Source of the DNA: Akkermansia muciniphila ATCC BAA-835
Lineage (GTDB): Bacteria; Verrucomicrobiota; Verrucomicrobiia; Verrucomicrobiales; Akkermansiaceae
NCBI RefSeq assembly: GCF_000020225.1
Contig: NC_010655.1
Span: 930,001 to 962,000 of the forward strand
Direction of reading: 5' to 3'
Length of the DNA stretch: 32,000 bases
In this document: positions 15,359 to 25,103 of the stretch, one piece after another
Layout of the letters: every line of letters starts with the position of its first letter
How positions within the stretch are numbered: the stretch's first letter is position 1
Made by a program: the position numbers and the translations under genes
The notes under the pieces: model-generated
Database searches by the model: none
Seen by the model: only the letters and a program-made list of their open reading frames with translations
What the model was told of the DNA's origin: nothing

Positions 15359-17107
15359 ATGACCACTACACGCTCGGGATTCACCAAACTTGCAGCCGTC
15401 TGCATTGCCATTCTTCTGGGGGCGGTGGTCTGGGAGCTGGGCTGGCCCCTGACGCGGGCGGAACATGAGTGGTCGCGGCTGATTGCAGCCGTTGCCACGC
15501 TGGGCCACCTGACGGGCATTCTGGGTTCCTATTTCCGGAAGGAAATCAACCGCCCTTCCCTGAGGCTCCTGATTTTCCAAATCATCAGCTGCCTCATGAT
15601 TTTTCTCCTGATTGCCAGGGAACAACAGGAAGCGGGATACATGAGGTTCACGGAGCTTTCCCGCCTGGTGATTACGGCCGGGCTGATTGCCATCCCCACG
15701 CTGATGTCCCTGACCAGGATTTTTGAATGGCTGGTGGGCAAGCAAAAAAAAGGCCGGCCTCTTATGGCCCCCGCCATGCAGTTTGTAGCTTCTCTGGGAG
15801 TAGTCATCCTGGCAGGCACCGGATTGCTTCTGCTGCCTAATTCCACATATCCGGGTATTACACTCAGTTTTACGGATGCCCTGTTCACCAGCACCAGCGC
15901 AGTATGCGTCACCGGTCTGAACGCCGTGGATTTTGCCCATACTTTCACCCCGCTGGGAGAAATGTTCACGCTTGCCCTTATCCAGATTGGCGGATTCGGC
16001 ATCATGACGTTCGCCTACTTCGTAGCCATGATGGCAGGCCAGGGTTTTTCCCTGAGGGACCGCGTGCTGCTGACGGATCTGCTTGATGAAGACAACCTGG
16101 GGGCCGTCGTCTCCTTTATTACCACTATTGTGGTCAGTACGCTGTTCATCGAACTGTGCGGCGCCGTCCTTCTTTATTTCTCCTGGGAAGGGAAGGACAT
16201 CAACCTGATGGGGGAGCCTTTGTGGTGGCATTCCCTGTTCCACTCCGTTTCCGCCTTTTGCAATGCTGGTTTTTCAACTTTCCCGATGAATTTGATGGAG
16301 CCGGGCATCCGCCTGTGCTACAGCGGGCAGGCGGTCATCATGGCGCTGATCGTATGCGGCGGCCTGGGATTCGGCATTTACAAGGAAATCAATTCACGCC
16401 TGGCAAACCGCTTTTTTTCCAAACACCGCCGCCTGCACATGCAGTGGACCCCTTATTTCAAACTGGTGATGATCTCCACGGGGATTTTGCTGGCGGGAGG
16501 CGCCCTGGCCATCTTTGCCGTTTCCTCTCCCCATGCCGCGGAACCGTTGGGGGAACACCTCTGGATTTGCCTTTTCGACAGCGTCACGGCACGCACGGCG
16601 GGATTCAATATCAGCGACTACGGCCGCTATCTGCCCGCAGCCAGCCTCATTATGTGCGGTCTGATGATGGTGGGAGGCAGCCCCGGCGGCACGGCAGGCG
16701 GCATGAGAACCACTACCTGCGCCATTGCAGGTGCGGAAATCCTGCGCATCCTACGCGGCAGGGATCATGTGGAATTCTTCCGCCGCCGCATCGACCAGCG
16801 CACCGTGGCGCGCTGCGTAATTACCGTGGTGGTCTCCTGCGCCTGGATCGGCTGCTTTACCGTCCTGATTTGCGCCTTGGAGCCCTCCATGAGCTCTCTG
16901 GATATCTTCTTTGAAAACTGCAGCGCTTTTGCTACGGTAGGCGTGTCGCGGGGCATTACTCCAGATTTAAGCGGCCCTTCCAAATACCTTCTTATCGTCA
17001 ACATGCTCGCCGGCCGCGTGGGGCTCTTCGCTTTTCTCATTGCGCTGGCCGGCACCCCTACTCCGAGGCATTACCGCTATCCATCCGTCAAAATCCCGTT
17101 AACCTGA
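15359..17107 (+). CDS. trkH: TrkH/KtrB-family K+ transporter with an N-terminal membrane extension of about 135 aa
   Basis: The TrkH-like core starts at about residue 136 (FVASLGVVILAGTGLLLLP, LFTSTSAVCVTGL, SAFCNAGFS, TARTAGFN, GGSPGGTAGGMRTTT, ATVGVSRGITP). The pore-loop glycine motifs are repeated four times. The trkA-type gene follows 10 nt downstream. Confidence 0.9.
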   Translation: MTTTRSGFTKLAAVCIAILLGAVVWELGWPLTRAEHEWSRLIAAVATLGHLTGILGSYFRKEINRPSLRLLIFQIISCLMIFLLIAREQQEAGYMRFTELSRLVITAGLIAIPTLMSLTRIFEWLVGKQKKGRPLMAPAMQFVASLGVVILAGTGLLLLPNSTYPGITLSFTDALFTSTSAVCVTGLNAVDFAHTFTPLGEMFTLALIQIGGFGIMTFAYFVAMMAGQGFSLRDRVLLTDLLDEDNLGAVVSFITTIVVSTLFIELCGAVLLYFSWEGKDINLMGEPLWWHSLFHSVSAFCNAGFSTFPMNLMEPGIRLCYSGQAVIMALIVCGGLGFGIYKEINSRLANRFFSKHRRLHMQWTPYFKLVMISTGILLAGGALAIFAVSSPHAAEPLGEHLWICLFDSVTARTAGFNISDYGRYLPAASLIMCGLMMVGGSPGGTAGGMRTTTCAIAGAEILRILRGRDHVEFFRRRIDQRTVARCVITVVVSCAWIGCFTVLICALEPSMSSLDIFFENCSAFATVGVSRGITPDLSGPSKYLLIVNMLAGRVGLFAFLIALAGTPTPRHYRYPSVKIPLT

Positions 17108-17117
17108 ATATACCATT

Positions 17118-17822
17118 ATGAGATACACCGTTATCGGCCTGGGCCAGTTTGGGCAGGAACTCTGCACAGAACTTTCCGCCCGTAATATTGAAGTAGTAGC
17201 CGTTGCCTCCACGGATGAAGAATTGGAGCAAATCAAGGATCTGGTGACTTATGCCGTGGTGACGGATTACACTAATCCGGCCGCTTTGCGTGAGTTGGAA
17301 CTGGACGACCAGTCCGCCGTCATTGTCGCCATCGGAGACAGTTTTGAAGAAAACCTTCTCGTCGTCACGCACCTTCAGAAAATGGGCGTCCGCTACATCT
17401 ACGCCCGCGTCATGAGTCCGGTGCACGAACACATTTTAAGCCAGATGAACGTGTATGCGCTCATCAACTTGTCCCGCGTGGCTTCCAAGCAACTCGCCAG
17501 CCAGTTGGAATCCCCGGAATTCCTGCGCGTCTCCCCCATGGACGAAAACCACAGCATCGTGGAAATAGCCGTGCCGCGCATCTGGGTGGGCAAGCGCCTG
17601 CGGGATGTAGGCCTGCGCACGGAACACCACCTTAACCTGCTCACCATCCGCCGCGGGGAGGCCCAGACTCCGCAGGGGCGCCGGGAAATCCTGTCCATAC
17701 CGCGCATTCCCGTCATTGGCACCCCTTCCCCGGATCTCGTTTTTGAAGACCACGACATTCTGGTCCTGTTCGGCAAAGAAACCAATTTGATTGAATTCGC
17801 CCAATTATCCAAAGGATTGTAA
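17118..17822 (+). CDS. trkA: TrkA/KtrA-family K+ uptake regulatory subunit (RCK N and C domains)
   Basis: MRYTVIGLGQFGQELCTELSARNIEVVAVA is the Rossmann GxGxxG motif of TrkA-N. The C-terminal TrkA-C-like segment includes VEIAVPRIWVGKRLRDVGL. Confidence 0.9.
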   Translation: MRYTVIGLGQFGQELCTELSARNIEVVAVASTDEELEQIKDLVTYAVVTDYTNPAALRELELDDQSAVIVAIGDSFEENLLVVTHLQKMGVRYIYARVMSPVHEHILSQMNVYALINLSRVASKQLASQLESPEFLRVSPMDENHSIVEIAVPRIWVGKRLRDVGLRTEHHLNLLTIRRGEAQTPQGRREILSIPRIPVIGTPSPDLVFEDHDILVLFGKETNLIEFAQLSKGL

Positions 17823-17914
17823 ACCATCCTCCGCGAGCAGGCTGAGGGTATCCCTCTCCATTTCAGAAAAAGGCGCCGGATAAGCCGCCTGTGCAAACAG
17901 CCTCCGTCCTGGTT

Positions 17915-20900
17915 TTACTGGCTTGACAATGCCTCAAAAGAAGCCACCAGACGTTTTTCGGAGACGCGGCCCTTGACGGAGATGGCGGGAGCGAAAACGG
18001 CCAGGCGGTATTCTTCCAGCAAATAACCGTATTGCATCCAGCGCAGGTCTCCGGCATGTTCCTTCAAAACCTGATGCCAGGGAAAATACACGCGTTCGAA
18101 GAGGTCCAGGCGTTCCAATTCCCTGGCAAGGGGTTGCTGGCCGATGCGTCTGATACGCTCCGCAATTCCCTGCATGTACCGTTTCAGGTCCGGCAAGCGT
18201 TCCGCTCCATGCGCCCACAGGAAACGGGGGCGTAACAACCAGTCAAGCTGGCGCTGAAGGTCAGCCGTAATGCGCTCCGTATGGCGCACACCCTTTTGCA
18301 GCGCCGTAAAGTCCCTGACGGCATGTTCCGTACCCGCCACCAGTTCCCATATATCCGCCACGTTATGCGCCGCGTCAAAAAGGTTTTGGCGCAGATTCAT
18401 TTCCGCAGCAGCGAATTGCTCCGCCGTGCGCGGCAAAGGACGGCCCATGGCTATCTCCGCGGCAACGTCCACCAGGTCTTCCGCATTGGTAGACGGCTCC
18501 CGTCCGAGCATATGAAGAGAGAGCTTTCCTTCCAGCTTCAACGGAAATTTTCTGCGGAGATGGTTAAGCTGATCCGTCTGGCGCAGGCGCATGAAACGCA
18601 GGCACCCCTCCCGGTGGGATTCCGCAGCATCCAGTTCATCCTCAAAGACACGGACGCCCACGGATGCTCCTTCATCCACCAGAGCCACATAACCCGGCCT
18701 TCCCGCCACATCCACCGTGTATTCCAAATCTCCGCAGCTCCATTCCTTCATGCCGGTTACGGACACGATATCCTCCGCTGTTTCCTGGAACCGACGGGAA
18801 AGTTTTTTACCCAAGCGGTTATTCAGTTCCGCAACATCCGTGCCCATGGCAAGCTCTTCCCCTTCATCATCGCACACCCATATTTTCGTAACCAGCTCCG
18901 CAGGAAGACGGTTCATGTCAAAAAAGGAGGGCGCGCAAAATTTTCCCGTTTCCACTTCCACAAATTCCGCCAGTTTCCCCGCCAGCGGCCCGTCCGGTTC
19001 CAGGCCATGCCTCAGTTCCGCAAAGTAAGCGGCCTTTTGGCTGATAGGCTGGAGAAAGACGCGCAAATCCTTGGGAAGGGAACGCAGCAGGCATTCCGCC
19101 CGCTGGGCCAGATGACCGGGAACCCCCCACTCCGGCAACCATTCGGGAATATCCGGCAACTGGTCGATGTGGACGCCCAGGGTCACGCCGTCATCCTCCG
19201 CGCCGGGATCATTCTGGTAATACACGGCATATTCCGCTCCTTTACAGGTGATTTCATCCGGAAAACCATCCAGCAGGTCTTTCCCCCAGAATTCGTACAT
19301 GGCTTCCTGTGGCGGAACATGCAGAGCTTCCGGGTTTTTCTTCTCCATACCGGCGGCCCACCGCAAAAAAGCCCTGGCCGTACAGCAGTCCGGGGGAACA
19401 AGCCTGTTAAAGAATTCAAAAACTCCTTCCTCACACCAGACCTGGTCCGGACGGCGCAACTTCAGCTCTATCTGCCGAACCTCTTCCCGGAGTGTTTCCA
19501 GATGCCTGATACAGGCGGGTTTCGTGCGGAAACCACCGCCCAACAGGCCTTCGCGTATCATTATTTCCCGCGCATGGGCGGGATTGATACGGCCATAGTG
19601 CACACGCCTGTTATCAATAATGCGCAAGCCGCCGCACACGACGCGTTCCACTGCGTAAACAGCCCCCTGCTCCCTGTCCCACCGCGCTCCGGAATAGTGT
19701 GATTCGCACAGATGGGGCGCTACCAGCTCCACCCATCCCGGTTCCAAAATGGAGGCGCGGCGCATCCACAGGCGCGTGGTGTCCACCAACTCCACGCCCA
19801 TTACCCATTCACTCCTTTTTTTACGGCGGAACAGGCCGGAACCGGGAAAAATGCCGAAGGAACGTCCTCCGGCGCCGCGATATTCCCGGTTGTCTGCATC
19901 CCAGAGGCCGAACTGGCGCGGAACGCCCGCCAGGATGCTCCGGTGAATCATGGCAAAGGAAGCCTGCCGCTCCGTTTCTTCTTCCAAAGGGGAAATTCTG
20001 CATTTCAGTGTTTCCCTGACCAGCCGGGAAAGGTCCTCCCATAAATTGAACCATTCCATCATGCGGTTGAAATTGAGGAAATTTTTCCCGCACCATTTCC
20101 GAAGCTGGTTTTTACGCCAGCGCCTTCCCTCCCGGAATTGCCATGCAGCCTTCCATAATTTGAGCAGAGACAGGAAGTCACTATCTTCTTCCTTCCACTG
20201 CGCGTGGGCCTGGTCCGCTTTCTGAGCGGCATCCGCAGGGCGTTCACGGGGATCCATGATGCCCAGGCCGGCTACAATCACCAGCATTTCCGGCAGGGCC
20301 TGTTCATGTTGTGCCTCCAGCAGCATGCGGGCCAGCCGCGGGTCAATGGGCAACCGCGCCAGCTTTCTGCCTACGGGCGTGAGCTGCCGGGCTTTGTCCA
20401 GAGCGCCGATCTCCCGTAAGGTGCGGTAACCTTCCGTCACCAGTTTGGATGAAGGAGGATCCGGAAGCGGGAACTCCGGCATTTCCGGCAATCCCAGGTC
20501 TTTCATCCGGAGCAGCGCCCCGGCCAGTGCGCTGCGCCTGATTTCCGGGTCCGTAAAGTCCGGCCTGTCCTCCCAGTCCTTCTCACTGTACAGGCGGATG
20601 CACACACCTTCGCACACACGGCCGCAACGGCCGGCGCGCTGGCGGGCGCTGGCCTTGGAGACGGGTTCTATCTGAAGCCGCTGCACTTGGCGTGCCGGGC
20701 TATAGCGGCTGACGCGCGCCAGGCCGGAGTCAATAACATAAATGATGCCGGGGATTGTCAGGGACGTTTCCGCCACATTTGTAGCCAGCACGATGCGGCG
20801 GTATCCCTGCTCCGGATGAAAAATCCTTTGCTGGTTCGCCAGGCCCAGCCTGGCGAACAAAGGCAGAATGCGCGTGTTTCTCAGATTCCGGCCTTCCAGT

Positions 20901-21610
20901 TTTTCCGCCACCTCACGTATTTCGCGTTCTCCGGGAAGGAAGACAAGCACATCCCCGCGGTCGTCCAGAGTATCCAGCCAATCCACGGCACGCGCCACAT
21001 GAGCCGGAAGTTCCTCATCGTCATGCAGCGGCGGCAGATAGTGGAAGTCCACCGGATAAGTGCGGCCTTCTACTTGAATAATAGGCGCGCCTCCAAAGAA
21101 TTCGGAAAACCCGCCGGCATCCAGCGTCGCGGAACTGATGACCAGCCGCAAGTCTCTCCGCCTGCCCAGCAAAAGCCGCAGATAGCCGAGCAAAAAGTCA
21201 ATGTTGAGGCTGCGTTCATGCGCCTCATCCAAAATCAGGGTATGATATTGGCGCAGATCCGGATCATGCTGCGTTTCCGCCAGAAGAATCCCATCCGTCA
21301 TGAACTTCAGGCGCGTATCCAGCCCGGCTTTTTCCTCAAAGCGCACCTGGTAACCCACCAAACCTCCCAGGTCGCAGTTCAATTCCTCCGCCACTCGGCG
21401 GGAAACGGAAGCAGCAGCCAGCCTTCTGGGCTGGGTGCATCCTACTCTGCCCCGCGCCTCCCCGGCAAGCTCCATGGCCATTTTAGGGAGCTGGGTAGTC
21501 TTACCGGATCCCGTCTCCCCCACTACGACAATGACCTGGTGCTCCCGCATTGCCGCCAGAATGTCATTCCGGCGGCGGGAAATGGGTAGATCCGGATAAG
21601 TAATGTTCAT
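17915..21610 (-). CDS. hrpA: ATP-dependent RNA helicase HrpA (DEAH box)
   Basis: Walker A (GETGSGKTTQLPK), the DEAH box (LILDEAHERS), SAT and QRAGRCGR motifs are followed by the long HrpA C-terminal region. The track ORF starts at 21637, which lies inside the ilvN terminator hairpin. I therefore prefer the ATG at 21610 (MNITYPDLPIS). Confidence 0.93.
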   Translation of the reverse strand: MNITYPDLPISRRRNDILAAMREHQVIVVVGETGSGKTTQLPKMAMELAGEARGRVGCTQPRRLAAASVSRRVAEELNCDLGGLVGYQVRFEEKAGLDTRLKFMTDGILLAETQHDPDLRQYHTLILDEAHERSLNIDFLLGYLRLLLGRRRDLRLVISSATLDAGGFSEFFGGAPIIQVEGRTYPVDFHYLPPLHDDEELPAHVARAVDWLDTLDDRGDVLVFLPGEREIREVAEKLEGRNLRNTRILPLFARLGLANQQRIFHPEQGYRRIVLATNVAETSLTIPGIIYVIDSGLARVSRYSPARQVQRLQIEPVSKASARQRAGRCGRVCEGVCIRLYSEKDWEDRPDFTDPEIRRSALAGALLRMKDLGLPEMPEFPLPDPPSSKLVTEGYRTLREIGALDKARQLTPVGRKLARLPIDPRLARMLLEAQHEQALPEMLVIVAGLGIMDPRERPADAAQKADQAHAQWKEEDSDFLSLLKLWKAAWQFREGRRWRKNQLRKWCGKNFLNFNRMMEWFNLWEDLSRLVRETLKCRISPLEEETERQASFAMIHRSILAGVPRQFGLWDADNREYRGAGGRSFGIFPGSGLFRRKKRSEWVMGVELVDTTRLWMRRASILEPGWVELVAPHLCESHYSGARWDREQGAVYAVERVVCGGLRIIDNRRVHYGRINPAHAREIMIREGLLGGGFRTKPACIRHLETLREEVRQIELKLRRPDQVWCEEGVFEFFNRLVPPDCCTARAFLRWAAGMEKKNPEALHVPPQEAMYEFWGKDLLDGFPDEITCKGAEYAVYYQNDPGAEDDGVTLGVHIDQLPDIPEWLPEWGVPGHLAQRAECLLRSLPKDLRVFLQPISQKAAYFAELRHGLEPDGPLAGKLAEFVEVETGKFCAPSFFDMNRLPAELVTKIWVCDDEGEELAMGTDVAELNNRLGKKLSRRFQETAEDIVSVTGMKEWSCGDLEYTVDVAGRPGYVALVDEGASVGVRVFEDELDAAESHREGCLRFMRLRQTDQLNHLRRKFPLKLEGKLSLHMLGREPSTNAEDLVDVAAEIAMGRPLPRTAEQFAAAEMNLRQNLFDAAHNVADIWELVAGTEHAVRDFTALQKGVRHTERITADLQRQLDWLLRPRFLWAHGAERLPDLKRYMQGIAERIRRIGQQPLARELERLDLFERVYFPWHQVLKEHAGDLRWMQYGYLLEEYRLAVFAPAISVKGRVSEKRLVASFEALSSQ

Positions 21611-21620
21611 GGTGAAGATG

Positions 21621-21654
21621 AGAAAAAAACCCTGCAAGAACGTCCTGCAGGGTT
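21621..21654 (-). terminator. rho-independent terminator of ilvN
   Basis: On the minus strand the sequence reads aaccctgca-ggacgttct-tgcagggtt followed by tttttct. The 9-bp stem spans 21628-21636 and 21646-21654, 25 nt after the ilvN stop. Confidence 0.7.
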
Positions 21655-21678
21655 GAAGAAGAAAACCGGGAGGTTCTT

Positions 21679-22161
21679 TTACTGACAGGGTTTGGGAAGG
21701 GCGATACGGCCGCTCCGGGTCAGCATCTGCACATCATAATCCTCAATGAGGGACAGGAAACGGTCTATCTTGTACTCGCCTCCCGTCACTTCAATGGTCA
21801 GGGCGTCCCGCGTGACATCCACAATGTGGGCGCCCAGTATCTGGCAGAACTCAATGACTTCATGCCGCGTGGCGGAATCTACGCCAATGCGGGTCAATAC
21901 CGTTTCCCGGTACACATTGTCCGTATTGCGGAAATCTACTACTTCCACCGTGTTGACCAGTTTTTCCAGATGCTTGATAATCTGGTCCAGAACATCCTCC
22001 TTTTCGCGTACGACGATGGTCATCCGTGAAAAGCGCGGGTCCTGGCTAGGGGCAACGTTCAACGAATGAATATTGTAGCCCCGTCCACTAAACAAACCGG
22101 CAATGCGGGCAAGCACGCCAAATTTGTTTTCAACAAGTACGGAGATAGTATGACGAGTCAT
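21679..22161 (-). CDS. ilvN: acetolactate synthase small (regulatory) subunit
   Basis: MTRHTISVLVENKFGVLARIAGLFSGRGYNIHSLNVAPSQDPRFSRMTIVV is the ACT domain typical of IlvN/IlvH. The ALS_ss_C-like C-terminus and the size of 160 aa also fit. Confidence 0.9.
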   Translation of the reverse strand: MTRHTISVLVENKFGVLARIAGLFSGRGYNIHSLNVAPSQDPRFSRMTIVVREKEDVLDQIIKHLEKLVNTVEVVDFRNTDNVYRETVLTRIGVDSATRHEVIEFCQILGAHIVDVTRDALTIEVTGGEYKIDRFLSLIEDYDVQMLTRSGRIALPKPCQ

Positions 22162-22282
22162 AATTTAATTTCTTAAAGGTGATGCATTGTAAGCACTTTT
22201 AACTGCCAGTCAAGCCTGCGGACGGCGATGCCGGAAAACGTTTTTCCTAACGGGGGTTCCGGCAGGAACCGCTCAGGCCGGA

Positions 22283-23785
22283 TCAAAGCTCGTGCGGTAT
22301 GATGGCGTTGCCTTTTGTCGCCTCCGGAATGCGGGGAAGCAATGTTTTTTCAGAAACGGGGCGCGCATCCACTTTCACATTGAATTGCTGCCCATCGCGG
22401 GAAACGGTCAGCAATGCCGGCCCTTCCCTAAGAGCTTTGACCAAGGCTTCCTTGGTGCTGACACTCTGGTGGTTTACGGCAAAGACCATGTCGCCGGCCT
22501 GCAATATCTGCCCCACGGATTTCTTCGGATTCACTTGAATGACCAGCAACCCCCGAGCACCTATGGATTGTTCTTCCGCAGTCAGTTCACGCAAATGCAT
22601 TCCCACTCCTTCCATGAAGTCTTCCCAAGGAGAAGGAACATTTTTTAAAATACTATCTCCCACCTTCAGGGTGACGTTCATTTTTTGCCCTTTGCGCCAG
22701 ACTTTCAGCCGGAACTTGTCGCCGATGGAAAGATTTTCAATGCGTTCCTTCACTTCCTCATCCGTCTGGATGGGGACTTCGTTGAAACTCAGTATTACGT
22801 CACCTGTTTGAAGGCCTGCCTGCTCCGCCGGGGAACCATGCTTCACGATGTTGATTACTGCGCCTCCCGCCTCATGATAATCCAGGAAGCTGCGAAGCGG
22901 GGGAGTATTGCGCACAATGTCCAATCCCAGATACCCTTTCATGGGGCGGCCATGTTTGCAAATCTGCTCAAAGCTGTGCATCACCAGATTGGAGGGAATG
23001 GCAAACCCAATGCCGGCGTAATTTTTCTCCGCATTGGGAAGCACCGATTTATTGATGCCGATGATTTCCCCGCGGATGTTGATGAGGGGGCCTCCCGAAT
23101 TCCCCGGGAAGATACTGGCATCCGTCTGGATCAAGTTAATGCCGGAATCCACCAGCTTGCGTTCACGGGCACTGATAATGCCGCGGGAAACAGTCGTGCC
23201 CAGCCCATAGGGATTGCCGCATGCCAGAACAATCATGCCGGGCGCAATTTCATCACTGTTGCCGAACGGAAGGGGGGTAAACGTCATCGGGTTTTCTACC
23301 TGCAGCACGGCGATATCCAATTCCGGATCCACCCCTACCAGGCGTACGGAAACGCTTTTCCCATTGCTCAGCGTAACGCGCAGCGCATGCTTGTTCTGAA
23401 TGACATGGTAGGCGGTAATAATATGCCCTTCTTCAGTAACAATGACGCCGGAACCCAAACCATGAACCGTCAGCCTCTTTTCAACCATGAAATCACCATC
23501 CTCGGAAGGCTGAGGAACGCTTGTCACGCCTGTAGTGTCTATGCTGACCAATACCCGTTCCACCAGCCGGGCAACGCGTGAATATTCCTCATTGAGCTGG
23601 TGCAAAACAGGAATATCCTCCTCCTTCAATTCGGGCTGCTGGGCCAGGGTAAACACTTCCGACCGGAAGGAAACATTCTTCTCCGTAACACGACTGTTCC
23701 ATCTCCAATAGGCAACGGAGACCACGGTCATCATAACCGTCATCATGATGACAAGTAAAGCCCGTGTCCATATGGTCGATCTCAT
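22283..23785 (-). CDS. HtrA/DegP-family serine protease with two PDZ domains
   Basis: It has an N-terminal membrane anchor (ALLVIMMTVMMTVVSVAYW). The trypsin-like triad contexts are ITAYHVI, DIAVLQV and GNSGGPLINIRGEIIGIN. Two PDZ-like segments follow (GSPAEQAGLQTGDVILSFNE and GQILQAGDMVFAVNHQ). Confidence 0.9.
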   Translation of the reverse strand: MRSTIWTRALLVIMMTVMMTVVSVAYWRWNSRVTEKNVSFRSEVFTLAQQPELKEEDIPVLHQLNEEYSRVARLVERVLVSIDTTGVTSVPQPSEDGDFMVEKRLTVHGLGSGVIVTEEGHIITAYHVIQNKHALRVTLSNGKSVSVRLVGVDPELDIAVLQVENPMTFTPLPFGNSDEIAPGMIVLACGNPYGLGTTVSRGIISARERKLVDSGINLIQTDASIFPGNSGGPLINIRGEIIGINKSVLPNAEKNYAGIGFAIPSNLVMHSFEQICKHGRPMKGYLGLDIVRNTPPLRSFLDYHEAGGAVINIVKHGSPAEQAGLQTGDVILSFNEVPIQTDEEVKERIENLSIGDKFRLKVWRKGQKMNVTLKVGDSILKNVPSPWEDFMEGVGMHLRELTAEEQSIGARGLLVIQVNPKKSVGQILQAGDMVFAVNHQSVSTKEALVKALREGPALLTVSRDGQQFNVKVDARPVSEKTLLPRIPEATKGNAIIPHEL

Positions 23786-23939
23786 GGAAATGCCCTGCCG
23801 TAATAACGATCAAACGGTTTGCGGCTTGATCACAAGGAGATGCCTGAAAACGGAGCCTGTCAAGCTTCAGCCGCTTTTTGACATTCCGGTTCCATTGATA
23901 CTATTTAAGTACTTTCTCTTCAAATGAAAAAACTTTCAA

Positions 23940-25103
23940 ATGACAAATACGCCTTTCAACAAGGCGTACTTTATGATATCATGCGGCTACGGTTTTATGG
24001 GTTCCAGCACTTTACAACAACAGGCCATTCATCTCGTCTTCGGTACGGATGAAGGAATGGTGCGTGAAAAGGCTTCCGGCATCTTTGCCGCTCTGACGGA
24101 AGGCACAAACGAATTTTCCCATGAAATTCTGGAAGCGGCCTGCGGTGATTCCGATGAAGCGGCCCAGCTGGTACGCCAGGTTATGGAAGCTCTGCGGACC
24201 CTCCCGTTTTTTCCGGGGCGCAAAGTAGTCTGGATGAAGAACTGCAATTTTCTGGGAGACTCCGTCACGGGGCGTTCCTCCACCACGGAAGCGGCTCTGG
24301 ATTCTTTCAGGCAATTGCTGGAAAGCGGCCTGGGGTCGGACGTCCTGCTTCTTATTTCCGCCTCCGAATTTGACAAACGCCGTTCCTTTAACAAATTCCT
24401 GCTTCAATACGCCGCATCGGAAGAATTGAACAAGCCGGACATCACGAAAGCAGGCTGGGAAGGCAGTTTAATGCCCCTCATTAATAAGGAAACGGCGGCG
24501 CGGGGCATGAATTTCGACTCCGCCGCCCTGGAACTGTTCATTCACCGCGTCAGCGAATCCTCCCGCCAAATCATTTCCGAAATTGAAAAACTGGATCTTT
24601 ATCTGGGAGCGGACAGACGCACCGTAATGCCGGAGGATGTCGAGCGCATGGTTCCGCTGACGCGTACAGGCGTTATTTTTGAAATTTCCCGGGCTTTGGA
24701 AAACAAGAAAAGCGATGCGGCCATCTCTTTGATTGACTTTCAACTGGAACGCGGTGAAAACGCCATCACAATCATGCGTGCCGCATTCATCCCTACGTTA
24801 AGAAATTTGCTGGCTGCCAGACTTTTATGTGACGCATTCAACCTGAAGCCCACCAATTTCAAGGAATTTACGGCCCGCATTTCTTCCCTGCCCTCCTATG
24901 CGGCCGCGTTAATTCCCTTGAAAAAAGACGGTACACCCAATGCGTATCCGCTTTTTCTGGCGGCGCAGAATGCTTCCAAATTCAAGACGGAACGGCTGAA
25001 GCAAACTTTGAAAGAATGCATGAAGGCGGATAAAGCCCTGGTGTCCTCCTCTCTTGATCCCCGCCTGATTCTGCATCGTCTTGCTATCTGCTCCGCATCC
25101 TGA
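23940..25103 (+). CDS. holA: DNA polymerase III delta subunit
   Basis: Delta-subunit-like layout is present: [82 protein letters not shown]. The start is uncertain, with alternative ATGs at 23973 and 23997. The stop overlaps the mnmG ATG (TGATG at 25101-25105). Confidence 0.7.
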   Translation: MTNTPFNKAYFMISCGYGFMGSSTLQQQAIHLVFGTDEGMVREKASGIFAALTEGTNEFSHEILEAACGDSDEAAQLVRQVMEALRTLPFFPGRKVVWMKNCNFLGDSVTGRSSTTEAALDSFRQLLESGLGSDVLLLISASEFDKRRSFNKFLLQYAASEELNKPDITKAGWEGSLMPLINKETAARGMNFDSAALELFIHRVSESSRQIISEIEKLDLYLGADRRTVMPEDVERMVPLTRTGVIFEISRALENKKSDAAISLIDFQLERGENAITIMRAAFIPTLRNLLAARLLCDAFNLKPTNFKEFTARISSLPSYAAALIPLKKDGTPNAYPLFLAAQNASKFKTERLKQTLKECMKADKALVSSSLDPRLILHRLAICSAS

